The notes: generated by a model not told the origin, from the letters alone. Numbered from the stretch's first letter, positions 51,499 through 61,755 are shown. The stretch: DNA of 64,000 nt from an uncultured Alphaproteobacteria bacterium (GCA_944391495.1 CALXTU010000005.1:8565-72564), one strand, 5' to 3'. Program-made: numbers and translations.

Positions 51499-52287
51499 CT
51501 ATCTCATCTGGTTAATGGTGTTGAGCATGGAATCGGCCGTCGTAATAATTTTGGAGTTCATTTCATAAGCGCGCTGTGCCGAAACCAATTCGGTAATTTC
51601 GGTAACCGGGCTGACATTTGACGTATTCAAATACCCCTGCAGAATTGAGCCGAAACCTTCGGCATCGGGGTTATCAATAACCGGATCACCGGAAGCTTCC
51701 GTTTCCAAAAACAGATTATCGCCCAAAGCTTCCAGACCGGCCTCATTGACAAACGTTGCCAATTCCAGCTGCCCGACATTAACCTCGTCGGTTTCACCGT
51801 CCTGTTTAATCCAGACCTCACCGGAGCTGTTAACATAAACTTCCGTCGCATCATCGGGAATGGTGATTTCCGGCTGAACCACATAACCTTCGTGGGTAAC
51901 GATGGTGCCGTCACCGTTGCGCTGAAATGCGCCGTCACGGGTATAAGCCGTTCCTTTTCCTTCCGGAAGCTCAATCATAAAATAGCCGCGGCCGCGAATA
52001 GCCAGATCCAGATCATTGCCGGTTGATGTCAGCGATCCGCCCTCGGTAATCCGGTAGATTGCCGCCGTTCTGACACCGAGCCCCATCTGAATACCGGCCG
52101 GAACAATCGTATTGTCTGCCGTTGAGGCAGCGCCCGGCCGTACGATATTTTGATACAAAAGATCACTGAATTCGGCTCTTCTTTTGGTATAAGCCGTGGT
52201 GTTCATATTGGCAATATTGTTGGCAATGGTATCAACGTTCGTTTGCTGAGCCAGCATACCACTTGCACCGATTTGTAAAGATCTCAT
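51499..52287 (-). CDS. flgG: Flagellar distal rod protein
   Basis: IANNIANMNT, DLLYQ, YTRDGAF, SNV...QRAYEMNSK. Confidence 0.96.
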   Translation of the reverse strand: MRSLQIGASGMLAQQTNVDTIANNIANMNTTAYTKRRAEFSDLLYQNIVRPGAASTADNTIVPAGIQMGLGVRTAAIYRITEGGSLTSTGNDLDLAIRGRGYFMIELPEGKGTAYTRDGAFQRNGDGTIVTHEGYVVQPEITIPDDATEVYVNSSGEVWIKQDGETDEVNVGQLELATFVNEAGLEALGDNLFLETEASGDPVIDNPDAEGFGSILQGYLNTSNVSPVTEITELVSAQRAYEMNSKIITTADSMLNTINQMR

Positions 52288-52305
52288 TTTTATTCCCCTT
52301 CAAAA

Positions 52306-53049
52306 TTATGCCAATTCGGCAAAAGTTGAAATTGTGTTGGACAGACGGTCATGCTCTTCGTCTATCATTTGCTGCACATAATCATAACTGCGCTGAATCT
52401 TGACCAGATTCGTCATCTCGGCCACCGCATTGACATTGGATGCCTCTACCATTCCCTGTGCAATCCGATAATTGCCGCCGCCGAAAACAACAGCGTTTCC
52501 CTCCCGGTTGTCAAACAACACGCCGGAGGTTTTCAATAATTTTTGATTATCGGCAAACTGCGCGATTTTCAACCGGCCGATAACCCCGTTTTCGGTCATG
52601 ACATCGCCGCTTTCGGAAATTGTTATCTCGGTTTCGCCCGGTGCAAAAAACAACGGCGTGTTGTTTTCGCTCATCACAAAATCACCGTCGGTCGTGGTCA
52701 GGGCACCGTCTTCATTCAGCGTAAACTGGCCTTTGCGGGTATATTTTTCGCCGTCGCGAGTTTCGATACAGAAAAAACCGTCGCCTTTAATGGCCAAATC
52801 AAAAGTATTGCCCGTGTTTTTAAACGCCCCTTCACCGAAATCCTGAAAATCGCCGAAATCCATCGTAAAAAACTGCGGCGCAGCGCCAACCCCGGCGGCA
52901 TCGGGCGTTTGGTTGATATATGAAGTAAACAGGGCATTGTCTTGCTTATAACCGGCGGTATTCATATTGGCCACATTGTTGGAAACAATATTCATCTGTT
53001 TCCATAAGGCCATCTGCCGGGACAACGCAATATAAGATGTATTATCCAT
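52306..53049 (-). CDS. flgF: Flagellar proximal rod protein
   Basis: MDNTSYIALSRQ, NNVANMNTAGYK, YTRKGQF, EASNVN. Confidence 0.93.
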   Translation of the reverse strand: MDNTSYIALSRQMALWKQMNIVSNNVANMNTAGYKQDNALFTSYINQTPDAAGVGAAPQFFTMDFGDFQDFGEGAFKNTGNTFDLAIKGDGFFCIETRDGEKYTRKGQFTLNEDGALTTTDGDFVMSENNTPLFFAPGETEITISESGDVMTENGVIGRLKIAQFADNQKLLKTSGVLFDNREGNAVVFGGGNYRIAQGMVEASNVNAVAEMTNLVKIQRSYDYVQQMIDEEHDRLSNTISTFAELA

Positions 53050-53117
53050 AAATTATTCCCCTAAATTCAGAAACTATTCCCCAATAGTTTCGAAAAATCA
53101 TTTTCTGCAAATTAATA

Positions 53118-53134
53118 TGCAATTAGCGTGCCAA
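53118..53134 (-). promoter_or_regulatory. Sigma54 promoter of flgFGAH
   Basis: Minus strand TTGGCACGCTAATTGCA = TGGCACG-N4-TTGC consensus, about 70 bp upstream of flgF. Confidence 0.85.
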
Positions 53135-53160
53135 ATTTTAAAAAGGAATAATTTTACCCC

Positions 53161-53203
53161 AAAGAAAAGCGGCAGACTTCTTAAAAAATCTGCCGTCTTT
53201 CTT
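53161..53203 (-). terminator. Terminator closing the left remnant gene
   Basis: AAGAAAAGCGGCAGA...TCTGCCGTCTTTCTT. Confidence 0.7.
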
Positions 53204-53215
53204 CACTTTATCAAT

Positions 53216-53546
53216 CTAGATAGACTTCATACAGAAATACATGTGACTCTCCGTTTTACTGACTGCTTGACCTGAATTTCCTTTATAACGCGAGGCTTTA
53301 TCAGCTGATTTTTCTTCTACCCAATATGTTGTTGTACTCGACCAATTACCTCCTTTGCCTATCTTGGCAAAAAACGTATTTACTTCAGCACCATACATAG
53401 AATAGGTTATAGGAGCAATGACGCCTCCAGCTCTTGCACAGGCATTTCGGGCCTCATACCATGTTCCGGTACCCTTAACGGTCAACAATACCCACCGTAC
53501 AAAACCTGCTGTACTTCCACTACCGGCACCACCGGTAAGCATTACC
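53216..53546 (-). pseudogene. 5'-truncated gene with C-type-lectin-like C-terminus (likely Cys-rich family remnant)
   Basis: TWYEARNACARAGG...TYWVE...YFCMK; no signal peptide or RBS; the 5' side runs into the family leader. Confidence 0.6.
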
Positions 53547-53585
53547 TTGCACTGCCGCCACCCGAAAACAAAGAGGAGTTTGTCA
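53547..53585 (+). promoter_or_regulatory. Family RBS leader (type B), truncated at the site's TTGC arm
   Basis: 36/39 identical to 1755-1793. Confidence 0.85.
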
Positions 53586-53705
53586 ATGGCAAATATAACA
53601 CTCAACGCCACAAGATCAAGCTCTGTTTACGGTACGTCTACCGGCGCTACGCCGGTAAATATTGCCGTCTACGCCTATATTTATGTCGGAAGAATCGTTG
53701 ATTAA
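53586..53705 (+). pseudogene. 39-aa ORF resembling the C-terminal end of phage tail-fibre/collar proteins
   Basis: MANITLNATRSSSVYGTSTGATPVNIAVYAYIYVGRIVD directly after the family RBS. Confidence 0.5.
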
Positions 53706-53735
53706 AAAAAGCCCTTCCGAAGAGGGGCTTTTTTT
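53704..53735. terminator. Bidirectional terminator
   Basis: AAAAAAAGCCCTTC-cgaa-GAGGGGCTTTTTTT. Confidence 0.85.
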
Positions 53736-53749
53736 CAGCTTATAAAAAT

Positions 53750-54292
53750 TCAGAAATATCTTTTCAGCAGAGCTTCCAGCGCTTTGCCGTGGCGGGCTTC
53801 GTCACGGGCCATTTCATGAACCGAATCATGAATGGCGTCAAGATTGAGCTCTTTGGCTTTTTTGGCAATTGCCATTTTGCCGTGGCAGGCGCCGTTTTCA
53901 CCGGCCAGCATTTTTTCAAGATTGGCTTTGGTGGAAGCAGAAACCAACTCGCCCAGCATTTCGCCGAAGCGTGATGCGTGTTCGGCTTCTTCATGAGCAA
54001 TCTGCTCCAAAACAACGGCAATTTCCGGATAGCCTTCGCGCATGGCCTGACGGGACATTGCCAAATACATGCCGACTTCGGAACATTCGCCGTTGAAATG
54101 ATTGCGCAATCCTTCCAAAATTTCGGCATCAACACCTTTGGCTATGCCGATAACATGTTCGGCCGCCCAGGACATTTCCTCTTCTTTGTAAGGAACGAGT
54201 TTATCACCGGTTGCTTTGCAGACCGGGCAAACCGGTGTTTCACCGTCGGCAACTTCAAAAACCTGACCGCAGATTAAACATTTGTACTTCAT
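53750..54292 (-). CDS. Reverse rubrerythrin (NADH peroxidase)
   Basis: N-terminal CLIC..CPVC, then [37 protein letters not shown]; clostridial Rbr3 type. Confidence 0.9.
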   Translation of the reverse strand: MKYKCLICGQVFEVADGETPVCPVCKATGDKLVPYKEEEMSWAAEHVIGIAKGVDAEILEGLRNHFNGECSEVGMYLAMSRQAMREGYPEIAVVLEQIAHEEAEHASRFGEMLGELVSASTKANLEKMLAGENGACHGKMAIAKKAKELNLDAIHDSVHEMARDEARHGKALEALLKRYF

Positions 54293-54432
54293 TTTTCAGT
54301 CCTTTTGCTAGGTTAAACATTATCATTCGGAGTTATAGCAAAAGCCGGGCTGATTTTAAATCGGCTTTTAATACTCTTGCACAAGATTTAAAACCTGATA
54401 TCATTTTTATTTCCAAAAAACGGAGAAAAAAC

Positions 54433-55014
54433 ATGACTGATTATCTGCAACAGTCGGCAGCCGCCGAAAAGCAGGCCCGCGAAATCATTGCCGCGTCAAA
54501 CATTATCAACATCTGGGAGGTGGCCGGCGCCAGAGTTAACATTGTCGGCTCGCTCAAAATCGGCGTTTTGGCCAAACACCGCGACATTGATTTTCATATT
54601 TATACGCCTGAACTCGACATTGACCAGAGTTTTAAAATCATGGCCGCAATCTGCCGGCAGCCGCAAATAAAACAATGTACCTTTATCAATCTTGCCGACA
54701 CGGAAGAACGTTGTTTTGAGTGGCATTTACAGTGGCAGACGGCTGAGGATCAATGCTGGCAGCTTGACCTTATCCAGATTGAGGCCGGCTCTTTGTATGA
54801 CGGTTATTTTGAAAAGACTGCCGATAAAATTAAACAGGCCATGACCGAGGAAATGCGGCAGACCATACTCAAGCTCAAATTTGCAACGCCCGATGACATG
54901 AAAATCGGCGGCATTGAATATTATAAGGCCGTTATTCAGGACGGTATACGCGACTTTGAGAGCTTTCTGCGCTGGCGGCAGAAACAGAATTTTTCCGGCA
55001 TTATTCCGTGGTAA
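54433..55014 (+). CDS. Nucleotidyltransferase-fold protein
   Basis: VGSLKIG...RDIDFHIY (hGS..DxD) and WQLDL. Confidence 0.7.
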   Translation: MTDYLQQSAAAEKQAREIIAASNIINIWEVAGARVNIVGSLKIGVLAKHRDIDFHIYTPELDIDQSFKIMAAICRQPQIKQCTFINLADTEERCFEWHLQWQTAEDQCWQLDLIQIEAGSLYDGYFEKTADKIKQAMTEEMRQTILKLKFATPDDMKIGGIEYYKAVIQDGIRDFESFLRWRQKQNFSGIIPW

Positions 55015-55051
55015 AACCAAAGCCCCTTTTAAGGGGCTTTGATTAAATTGT

Positions 55052-58000
55052 CTACCGCTTTTTATCCTGCAGCAGCGGCCGACCTTTCTGCAGCGCACGT
55101 TTGCGGATTTTACGACGGATGATATTCTCCTCATCAAAGGCTTCGCCGATGATGGCAAACAACATCGGCACAAACAAAGTGGCCACAAAGGTTGACAGGA
55201 TCATACCGCCGATCATGCCCGTGCCGATGGAATGACGGCTGCCGGCGCCGGCACCGGTTGAAATTGCCAGCGGCAGAATACCGAAAGTAAACGCCAGCGA
55301 TGTCATCACAATCGGGCGGAAACGCAGCTTGGCCGCTTCAACCGCTGCCTCGGCATAACTCAGTCCCTCCTGGACTTTAGCCACTGCAAATTCCACAATC
55401 AAAATAGCATTCTTGGCCGCCAGACCAATCAACGTTACCAAACCGACCTGGAAATACAGGTCATTTTGCAGCCCCCGCAGATAGGTTGTCAGCAAGGCTC
55501 CCAAAACCGCAAACGGCACCGACAAAATAACGACGACCGGTAATGACCATTTTTCATACTGTGCCGCCAAAATCAAAAAGATCATGATAATACCGAAAAC
55601 AAATGCCTGGGTCGAAGCGCCGCCGGTCAGTTTTTCCTGATAAGCGGAACCGACCCACGACAGAGCATAATCACTGCCCAAGACCTCTGCGGCAACTTCT
55701 TCCATTGCGGCAATAGCCTGACCGGAGGAATATCCCGCCGCCGGGTCGCCCAGAATTTTGGCTGCCGGAAAGATGTTAAAACGGTTAATCAGTTCCGGCC
55801 CAGTCACCCGTTCTACCGTAATCAGGGTAGACAGCGGAATCAAAATGCCGTCGTTGGATTTCACATAGACATAACGCAAATCGTCCGGCGTGCGGCGGAA
55901 TTTTGCCTCTGACTGCAGCGTAACGCGAAAGTTGCGCCCCATATAGGTAAAGTCATTGACGTAAAGACTGCCGAACGTTGACTGCATTACCGCATAAATG
56001 TCATCAATGGAAACATTCATGATCCGGGCTTTTTCACGGTCAAGGTCAACCCGGTACTGCGGCGTGCTGACCGAGAAAGTCGTCCTGACGTTGCTCAGTT
56101 CCGGCCGTTTGTTGGCGGCAGCGGCAAATTCTTCGGTCTTGGCCATCAGTTCGGCCGAAGTTTTGCCGCTCTTGTTTTGAATATATCCCTCAAAACCGCC
56201 GCTCGTGCTCATGCCGATAATCGGCGGCATGGAAAAGGCATAGCCGATACCTTCGGGCTGACTCATTCCCATCATCGTAAACACTTTGGCCAAATTGTCC
56301 GCCGACTGCGAATCCAACTTGCGCTGCGCCCAGTCTTTTAAGATGATGAAACTGATGCCGGAATAAGTGTTCTGGCTTGCCGACAACATATTAAACCCGT
56401 TGATGGTCAGAACGTCGTCAACATCGGGGTGCTCGCTTACCATTTGTGTCAGTTTTTCGGTAAATTTCTCGGTACGCGGCAGCGATGATGCTTCCGGCAT
56501 CATATGCGCAATCAACAGGTTTCCCTGATCCTCGGCAGGAACAAGGCCTCCCGGAACCGCTTTGAACAAAACGGCAATCAGAACCAGAACGCCGGCAAAC
56601 CCGAGCATGGCCGTTTTGCGGTGGTGCAAAAAGAATCTGACACCGGCCAGGTAACAATCGGTCATTTTGTCAAAAAAGACATTAAACCACCGGAAAAAGC
56701 CTTTCGGTTCTTTGTGTTCCTTTTTGATTATCAGGGCGCAAAGCGACGGTGTCAGCGTCAGGGCAACCAGAGCCGAAATCAAAACCGAAACGGCAATCGT
56801 TACCGAAAACTGTTTATACATAACACCGGTCATACCACCCAAAAAGGCAATCGGCAAAAAGACTGACGAGAGCACCAGAGCAACAGCCACAACCGGCCCC
56901 GAAACTTCTTTCATCGCTTTAATTGCCGCCTCTTTGGGAGACAACCCTTCTTCTTTCATCAGACGCTCAACGTTTTCCAAAACGATGATGGCGTCGTCTA
57001 CCACGATACCGATAGCCAAAATCAACCCGAACAGCGTTAAAAGGTTGATTGAAAAGCCCAACACATACATTCCGGCAAAAGCACCGATGATTGATACCGG
57101 AACCGCCAAAATCGGAATAATCGTCGCACGCATATTCTGCAAGAACAGATAAACAACGATAATAACCAGAAGCACGGCTTCAAAAAACGTATGAATAACC
57201 TCTTCAATCGACACATTGACGAATACCGTCGTATCATACGGAATCTGATAAGTAATGCCCTCCGGAAAGTTCTTGGACAATTCCTGCATTTTGGCTTTGA
57301 CCAGCTCGGCTGTTTCCAGTGCATTGGCTCCCGGCTGCAGATAAACGGCAAAAGCGACCGCTTTTTCGCCGTTAAACGTGGCGCTGACGCTGTAATCCTG
57401 AGCGCCGAGTTCTATCCGGGCAACATCTTTAAGCCTCAGCATACCGCCTTCTTCGTCGCTTTTCAGGATAATTTCGCCAAACTCTTTTTCATCGACCAGA
57501 CGTCCTTTAGTGTTGACGGAATATGTATAGGGCTGATATTCGTCCATCGGCTGCTGGCCAAACTGTCCGGCGGCAAACTGCGAGTTTTGCTCCTGCACCG
57601 CCGCAATAACATCCTGCGGCGTCAAATTATATTCCGCCAGACGATCCGGACTGAGCCAGATACGCATTGAATAATCCTGGTTGGCAAATAACGTGGCACT
57701 GCCGACACCCTTAATGCGCTTGATTTCATCCAAAACATTCAACAACGCGTAATTGGATACATAAAGCGTGTCATATTCCTCGGAAGTTGACTGCATGGAT
57801 ATAACCTGCAAAATCGAGTTTGATTTTTGCTCCACCGTCACGCCTTGTTTGGTGACCTCTGCCGGAAGCTTGGCCGTTGCCGCCTGCACTTTGTTGTTGA
57901 CGTCAATGGTGGCCTGGTCAGGGTCCGTGCCGATGTCAAATACCGCCCCGATGGTCAGGTAACCACTGGAAGTGGCGCTGGAATACATATAAATCATATT

Positions 58001-58222
58001 CTTAACGCCGTTGAGCTCCTGCTCAATCGGTGCGGCAACCGTATCGGCCAAAACTTCGGCGGTGGCGCCGGGATAGGTTGCCGAAATCTGGATTTCCGTC
58101 GGCACGATATTGGGGTATTGCTCAACCGGCAGCACTTTCATTGATACCAGACCGGCCAGAACAATAATCAGGGAGATAACCGTCGCGAATACCGGACGTT
58201 CAATAAAAAACTTTGAAAACAT
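55052..58222 (-). CDS. RND multidrug efflux transporter (AcrB/MexF-like)
   Basis: FFIERPVFA, GIVVDDAI, AKNAILIVEFA, RFRPIVMTS. Confidence 0.96.
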   Translation of the reverse strand: MFSKFFIERPVFATVISLIIVLAGLVSMKVLPVEQYPNIVPTEIQISATYPGATAEVLADTVAAPIEQELNGVKNMIYMYSSATSSGYLTIGAVFDIGTDPDQATIDVNNKVQAATAKLPAEVTKQGVTVEQKSNSILQVISMQSTSEEYDTLYVSNYALLNVLDEIKRIKGVGSATLFANQDYSMRIWLSPDRLAEYNLTPQDVIAAVQEQNSQFAAGQFGQQPMDEYQPYTYSVNTKGRLVDEKEFGEIILKSDEEGGMLRLKDVARIELGAQDYSVSATFNGEKAVAFAVYLQPGANALETAELVKAKMQELSKNFPEGITYQIPYDTTVFVNVSIEEVIHTFFEAVLLVIIVVYLFLQNMRATIIPILAVPVSIIGAFAGMYVLGFSINLLTLFGLILAIGIVVDDAIIVLENVERLMKEEGLSPKEAAIKAMKEVSGPVVAVALVLSSVFLPIAFLGGMTGVMYKQFSVTIAVSVLISALVALTLTPSLCALIIKKEHKEPKGFFRWFNVFFDKMTDCYLAGVRFFLHHRKTAMLGFAGVLVLIAVLFKAVPGGLVPAEDQGNLLIAHMMPEASSLPRTEKFTEKLTQMVSEHPDVDDVLTINGFNMLSASQNTYSGISFIILKDWAQRKLDSQSADNLAKVFTMMGMSQPEGIGYAFSMPPIIGMSTSGGFEGYIQNKSGKTSAELMAKTEEFAAAANKRPELSNVRTTFSVSTPQYRVDLDREKARIMNVSIDDIYAVMQSTFGSLYVNDFTYMGRNFRVTLQSEAKFRRTPDDLRYVYVKSNDGILIPLSTLITVERVTGPELINRFNIFPAAKILGDPAAGYSSGQAIAAMEEVAAEVLGSDYALSWVGSAYQEKLTGGASTQAFVFGIIMIFLILAAQYEKWSLPVVVILSVPFAVLGALLTTYLRGLQNDLYFQVGLVTLIGLAAKNAILIVEFAVAKVQEGLSYAEAAVEAAKLRFRPIVMTSLAFTFGILPLAISTGAGAGSRHSIGTGMIGGMILSTFVATLFVPMLFAIIGEAFDEENIIRRKIRKRALQKGRPLLQDKKR

Positions 58223-58235
58223 GACTTTTTCCTAT

Positions 58236-59414
58236 TTAATTAGCGGGCGCCTGTTCTACCGGTACTTTTGCCGCAGCATCCGAAATCGGCTTTACCTGCA
58301 TTCCGGGACGCAGTTTTAACAAATCGGATATAATAATCCGGTCTCCGGTATCAACGCCTTCATCTAATATCCACAAACCGTCCGGTGTGGTCAAGCCGGT
58401 CTGAACATGAACCATCTCAACAATACCGCCGGCATTAACACGATAAACAAACGCACCGTTTGCTCCCTGCATGACAGCTTCCTGCGGTACGGCCAGCGCA
58501 TTGATACGCTTTACGCCGTCAATTACCAGACGCAAAAACTGTCCGGGACGCACTTTTCCCCGCGGATTAGGGAAAACGGCCCGAAGTTTGATGGTTCCGG
58601 TACTTTCGTCAATTGTCGGGTTAATAAAATTGATTGTTCCGGTTTCACTGTATTCGGTTCCGTTGCCGAATCTCAGTCTGGCGACCACCTCGGATTTGTT
58701 TTCCGGATTTTTAAGCAGGCCGCGTTCAACCATATTGCCTAAAGACAAAATATCGTTTTCGGAAGCCGAGAAAATAACATAAATCGGATCGAGCTGGGTA
58801 ATATGCGTCAATAATCCCGCATCGCCGGAAACGGAAATCAGACTGCCTTCAGACTGGGTTTCCATGCTGGTGATGCCGCTGATCGGCGCTTTTACCGTTG
58901 TATAGTCCAGATTAAGCTGCGCCGAATCGACCTCAGCCTGAGCCAGCTGGACGGAAGCCTCCATGGAATCTTTATTGGAACGTGCTTCGTCGCGTGTTTT
59001 TTCGCTGGCGTATCCTTGTTTAAACAACTTCTCGGTTCGTTTCCACTGAGTTTCGGCATTGCGCAGCTGCGCCTGAGCCTGAGCTAATTGCGCCTTAGCC
59101 TGATTCAGCGCCACCTGATAAGGTGCCGGATCAATCTGAAACAACACGCTGCCTTCTTCGACTCTGGTTCCTTCAACATAGTTGCGTTTCAACAAAATTC
59201 CGCCGACCCGCGCCCGGACTTCCGTTTCTTTGGAGCCCTGTGCACGTGCCGCAAATTCAAAACTCAGCGGAACATCCTGCGGTGCCAGCTCAACGACATG
59301 AACTTCAGGTAATGCTGCCTGCGGTGACGGATTCTCCTTGCCGTCATTTTTCTTGCAGGCTGACAAAGCCAGCAGTAAACATGTCAAAGTAATTATTTTA
59401 CGACCGTTAAACAT
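58236..59414 (-). CDS. RND periplasmic adaptor (AcrA-like) lipoprotein
   Basis: Lipobox LSAC, EVRARVGG, LFQIDP, TTVKAPISG, LRAVFPNP. Confidence 0.93.
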   Translation of the reverse strand: MFNGRKIITLTCLLLALSACKKNDGKENPSPQAALPEVHVVELAPQDVPLSFEFAARAQGSKETEVRARVGGILLKRNYVEGTRVEEGSVLFQIDPAPYQVALNQAKAQLAQAQAQLRNAETQWKRTEKLFKQGYASEKTRDEARSNKDSMEASVQLAQAEVDSAQLNLDYTTVKAPISGITSMETQSEGSLISVSGDAGLLTHITQLDPIYVIFSASENDILSLGNMVERGLLKNPENKSEVVARLRFGNGTEYSETGTINFINPTIDESTGTIKLRAVFPNPRGKVRPGQFLRLVIDGVKRINALAVPQEAVMQGANGAFVYRVNAGGIVEMVHVQTGLTTPDGLWILDEGVDTGDRIIISDLLKLRPGMQVKPISDAAAKVPVEQAPAN

Positions 59415-59593
59415 ATTTTTCTCCGTAAAAAAACAAAACATTTTTTCTACCTTACAATAAGATGATGAAAAGCACAGCCATCTTTGCAAAAAATATCATC
59501 TCTGTGGATAGTTGATAATGTATATACCGTTTTGAAAATATGAAAAAGGCCCTCTCGTTGCAGAGAAGGCCTTGAGAAAATCCAAGCAACCAA

Positions 59594-60076
59594 TTAACGT
59601 TTGGAGAACTGGTAAGAACGACGGGCTTTGGCGCGGCCGTATTTCTTACGTTCAACCGTACGATCATCACGCGTCAGGAAGCCGGCCTTTTTCAGGCAGT
59701 CGCGCAATTCCGGCTCATAAGCGTTCAGAGCTTTGGAAATACCGTGCTTAATCGCACCGGCCTGACCGGACAAACCGCCGCCTTTAACCGTGCAAACGAC
59801 ATCAAATTCATTAACGCGGTTGGCAACCTCAAACGGCTGGTTGATAATCATTTTCAAAACCGGACGGGCAAAATACTGATCAATTGATTTCTCGTTAATC
59901 GTGATATTACCTTTACCGGCTTTAATCCAAACGCGGGCAACGGCATCTTTTCTTTTGCCGGTGGCATAAGCGCGTCCCTGTTTATCTTTTTTGGCCTTGC
60001 GAACAACCGTCTCGGCAGCAGCTTCAACTTTGGCCGCTTTTTTAATATCCTGCAATGATTCGATTTTTTCAGCCAT
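59594..60076 (-). CDS. rpsI: 30S ribosomal protein S9
   Basis: [28 protein letters not shown]. Confidence 0.98.
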   Translation of the reverse strand: MAEKIESLQDIKKAAKVEAAAETVVRKAKKDKQGRAYATGKRKDAVARVWIKAGKGNITINEKSIDQYFARPVLKMIINQPFEVANRVNEFDVVCTVKGGGLSGQAGAIKHGISKALNAYEPELRDCLKKAGFLTRDDRTVERKKYGRAKARRSYQFSKR

Positions 60077-60078
60077 AA

Positions 60079-60543
60079 TTATCTGCTCCTTTTATTCTTG
60101 GGGTTTTTAGAGGCAATGTCCAAAACCTCGGGGTTCTGGGCGGTATGCGGATGCTCACTGCCGGCATAAACCTTCAATTTGGTCATTTGCTGACGACCCA
60201 TCGGATTACGGGAAATCATACGCTCAACGGCTTTAATGATAACTCTTTCCGGGAAACGGCCGTTCAGGATTTTTTCGGCAGTGGTTTCTTTAATACCGCC
60301 GATCCAGCCGGTGTGTTTGAAATATTTTTTGGCCAGCAGTTTGTTGCCGGTCAGTTTAACCTTGTCGGCATTGATAACGACAACATAGTCGCCGCAGTCA
60401 ATGTTCGGAACGAAGTTGGGTTTGTGTTTGCCGCGCAGAATTTTGGCGATTTCGGCAGACAAACGACCCAAGACGACGCCCTCGGCATCGACAACATACC
60501 ATTTTCTCTCAATGTCTGAGGGTTTTGTTGCATATGTGTTCAT
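60079..60543 (-). CDS. rplM: 50S ribosomal protein L13
   Basis: [36 protein letters not shown]. Confidence 0.98.
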   Translation of the reverse strand: MNTYATKPSDIERKWYVVDAEGVVLGRLSAEIAKILRGKHKPNFVPNIDCGDYVVVINADKVKLTGNKLLAKKYFKHTGWIGGIKETTAEKILNGRFPERVIIKAVERMISRNPMGRQQMTKLKVYAGSEHPHTAQNPEVLDIASKNPKNKRSR

Positions 60544-60780
60544 CTGTTTTCTCTCTTTTGATTAGAAATTTAACTTCGGCGTCAATATACAGGAATAAAA
60601 CATATTGTCAACAAAAAAATATCATTATTTTTCAACGCATTGATAAGTGGTATTATATTACCGTTAAACAATGCATTGTTTTTGCACATTTTATGCAAAT
60701 AATAAAACGCCAACAACCAATCATATTCTTTTTCAGCCGCTGCCCTGGCGGTTGCTGCCTTTACAATATAAGCCGGCGGT

Positions 60781-60863
60781 GATTTTGATAAAGATTTGTA
60801 AATATGAAATTATTGCTTTTTTAACGATTGTCTGATATACTGTGTTTAATGGCGGCAAAAAAA
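60781..60863 (+). promoter_or_regulatory. Second copy of the Cys-rich family promoter block (TTGCTT-17-TATACT)
   Basis: 77/83 identical to the reverse complement of 1630-1712. Confidence 0.85.
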
Positions 60864-60890
60864 CGTTCCTTTTTTTGCCGCCACTTTTTT
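60850..60890 (+). terminator. Leader terminator formed by the left site in the present orientation
   Basis: TGGCGGCAAAAAAA-cgttcc-TTTTTTTGCCGCCA (14-bp perfect stem) followed by CTTTTTT. Confidence 0.65.
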
Positions 60891-60969
60891 GTCTTCATCA
60901 ATTTTCTTTTTCCCTGATTTTCCAAACCTTTCGCTTTTGGCCTTTGTGTAGCAAAAAAAGGAACGTTTT
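60860..60969. repeat. Perfect 19-bp inverted repeats flanking 72 bp (candidate invertible switch)
   Basis: AAAACGTTCCTTTTTTTGC (60860-60878) and GCAAAAAAAGGAACGTTTT (60951-60969). Confidence 0.85.
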
Positions 60970-60996
60970 GCTGCGGCAGAGAAAAGGAGAAGAGCA

Positions 60997-61755
60997 ATGA
61001 GGAAATATCTGTTAATAATGAGTGCAGGTTGTATCGGGTGGCTGGCAACCGGTGCACAGGCGGCCTGTCCTGTTTTCCCTACATGTGAAGAAATGGGTTA
61101 TACAATGACCGCAACGGATTGTTCCGGCAGAGCAACGCTCAAATGTCCGTCTGACCATGCAAAAGTTTTTTGTATTGCCGACAGTTCAACTGAATGTCAA
61201 ATCGGCTCGGTTTTATATAATGACCTCAAGTGTTATGACGAAGCACCGTCCGGTAAAACTGCCATCGGTATCGTTTTTGATACCAGCAAGCGCCTGGCCA
61301 TCAGTTTGGATTCCGGAAAGAATAGCATCTCTTGGGGCAGTAGTGCTGATATTTCCGGATTAGATAACTGTACCGGATCAAATTATACTTCTTGCGGCAC
61401 TGATGGCCAGAGCAATACGCAAAAGATTGTTGCCGCATTGGGCGAATCTTCTGATTATGCGGCCGGTTTTTGCTATACGAGTACTTACGGTAGCTTGCCC
61501 AAAGGCAGCTGGTTCTTGCCGAGCGCCAGTGAATTGAAAACACTGTATAACAACAGAACGCAAATTAATACCGGTATAACCGCAGCCGGGTTTAGTTCTA
61601 CCATTTCGACTGCCTCAATCTATTATTGGTCTTCCACCGAGCGCAACAGTTACAGTGCCTTACTTCTGGGTCTGAGAAATGGCAAAGTGAGCGGCGGCAA
61701 ATTTAAGAATCGTTCCCTTAGTGACCTTTACGCCAGGTGTGCCGTGAAATATTAG
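60997..61755 (+). CDS. Secreted Cys-rich family member 3 with C-terminal DUF1566/CLec-like domain
   Basis: MRKYLL start as in member 1, CPVFPTCEEMGY-x6-CSG-x3-LKCPSD-x5-C; WFLPSASEL and YYWSSTE motifs. Confidence 0.88.
   Translation: MRKYLLIMSAGCIGWLATGAQAACPVFPTCEEMGYTMTATDCSGRATLKCPSDHAKVFCIADSSTECQIGSVLYNDLKCYDEAPSGKTAIGIVFDTSKRLAISLDSGKNSISWGSSADISGLDNCTGSNYTSCGTDGQSNTQKIVAALGESSDYAAGFCYTSTYGSLPKGSWFLPSASELKTLYNNRTQINTGITAAGFSSTISTASIYYWSSTERNSYSALLLGLRNGKVSGGKFKNRSLSDLYARCAVKY

Noticed and set aside
53418-53705. 95-aa ORF as one real gene
   Set aside because: Its first half is the antisense of the lectin-like remnant plus leader DNA; the RBS points to the ATG at 53586.
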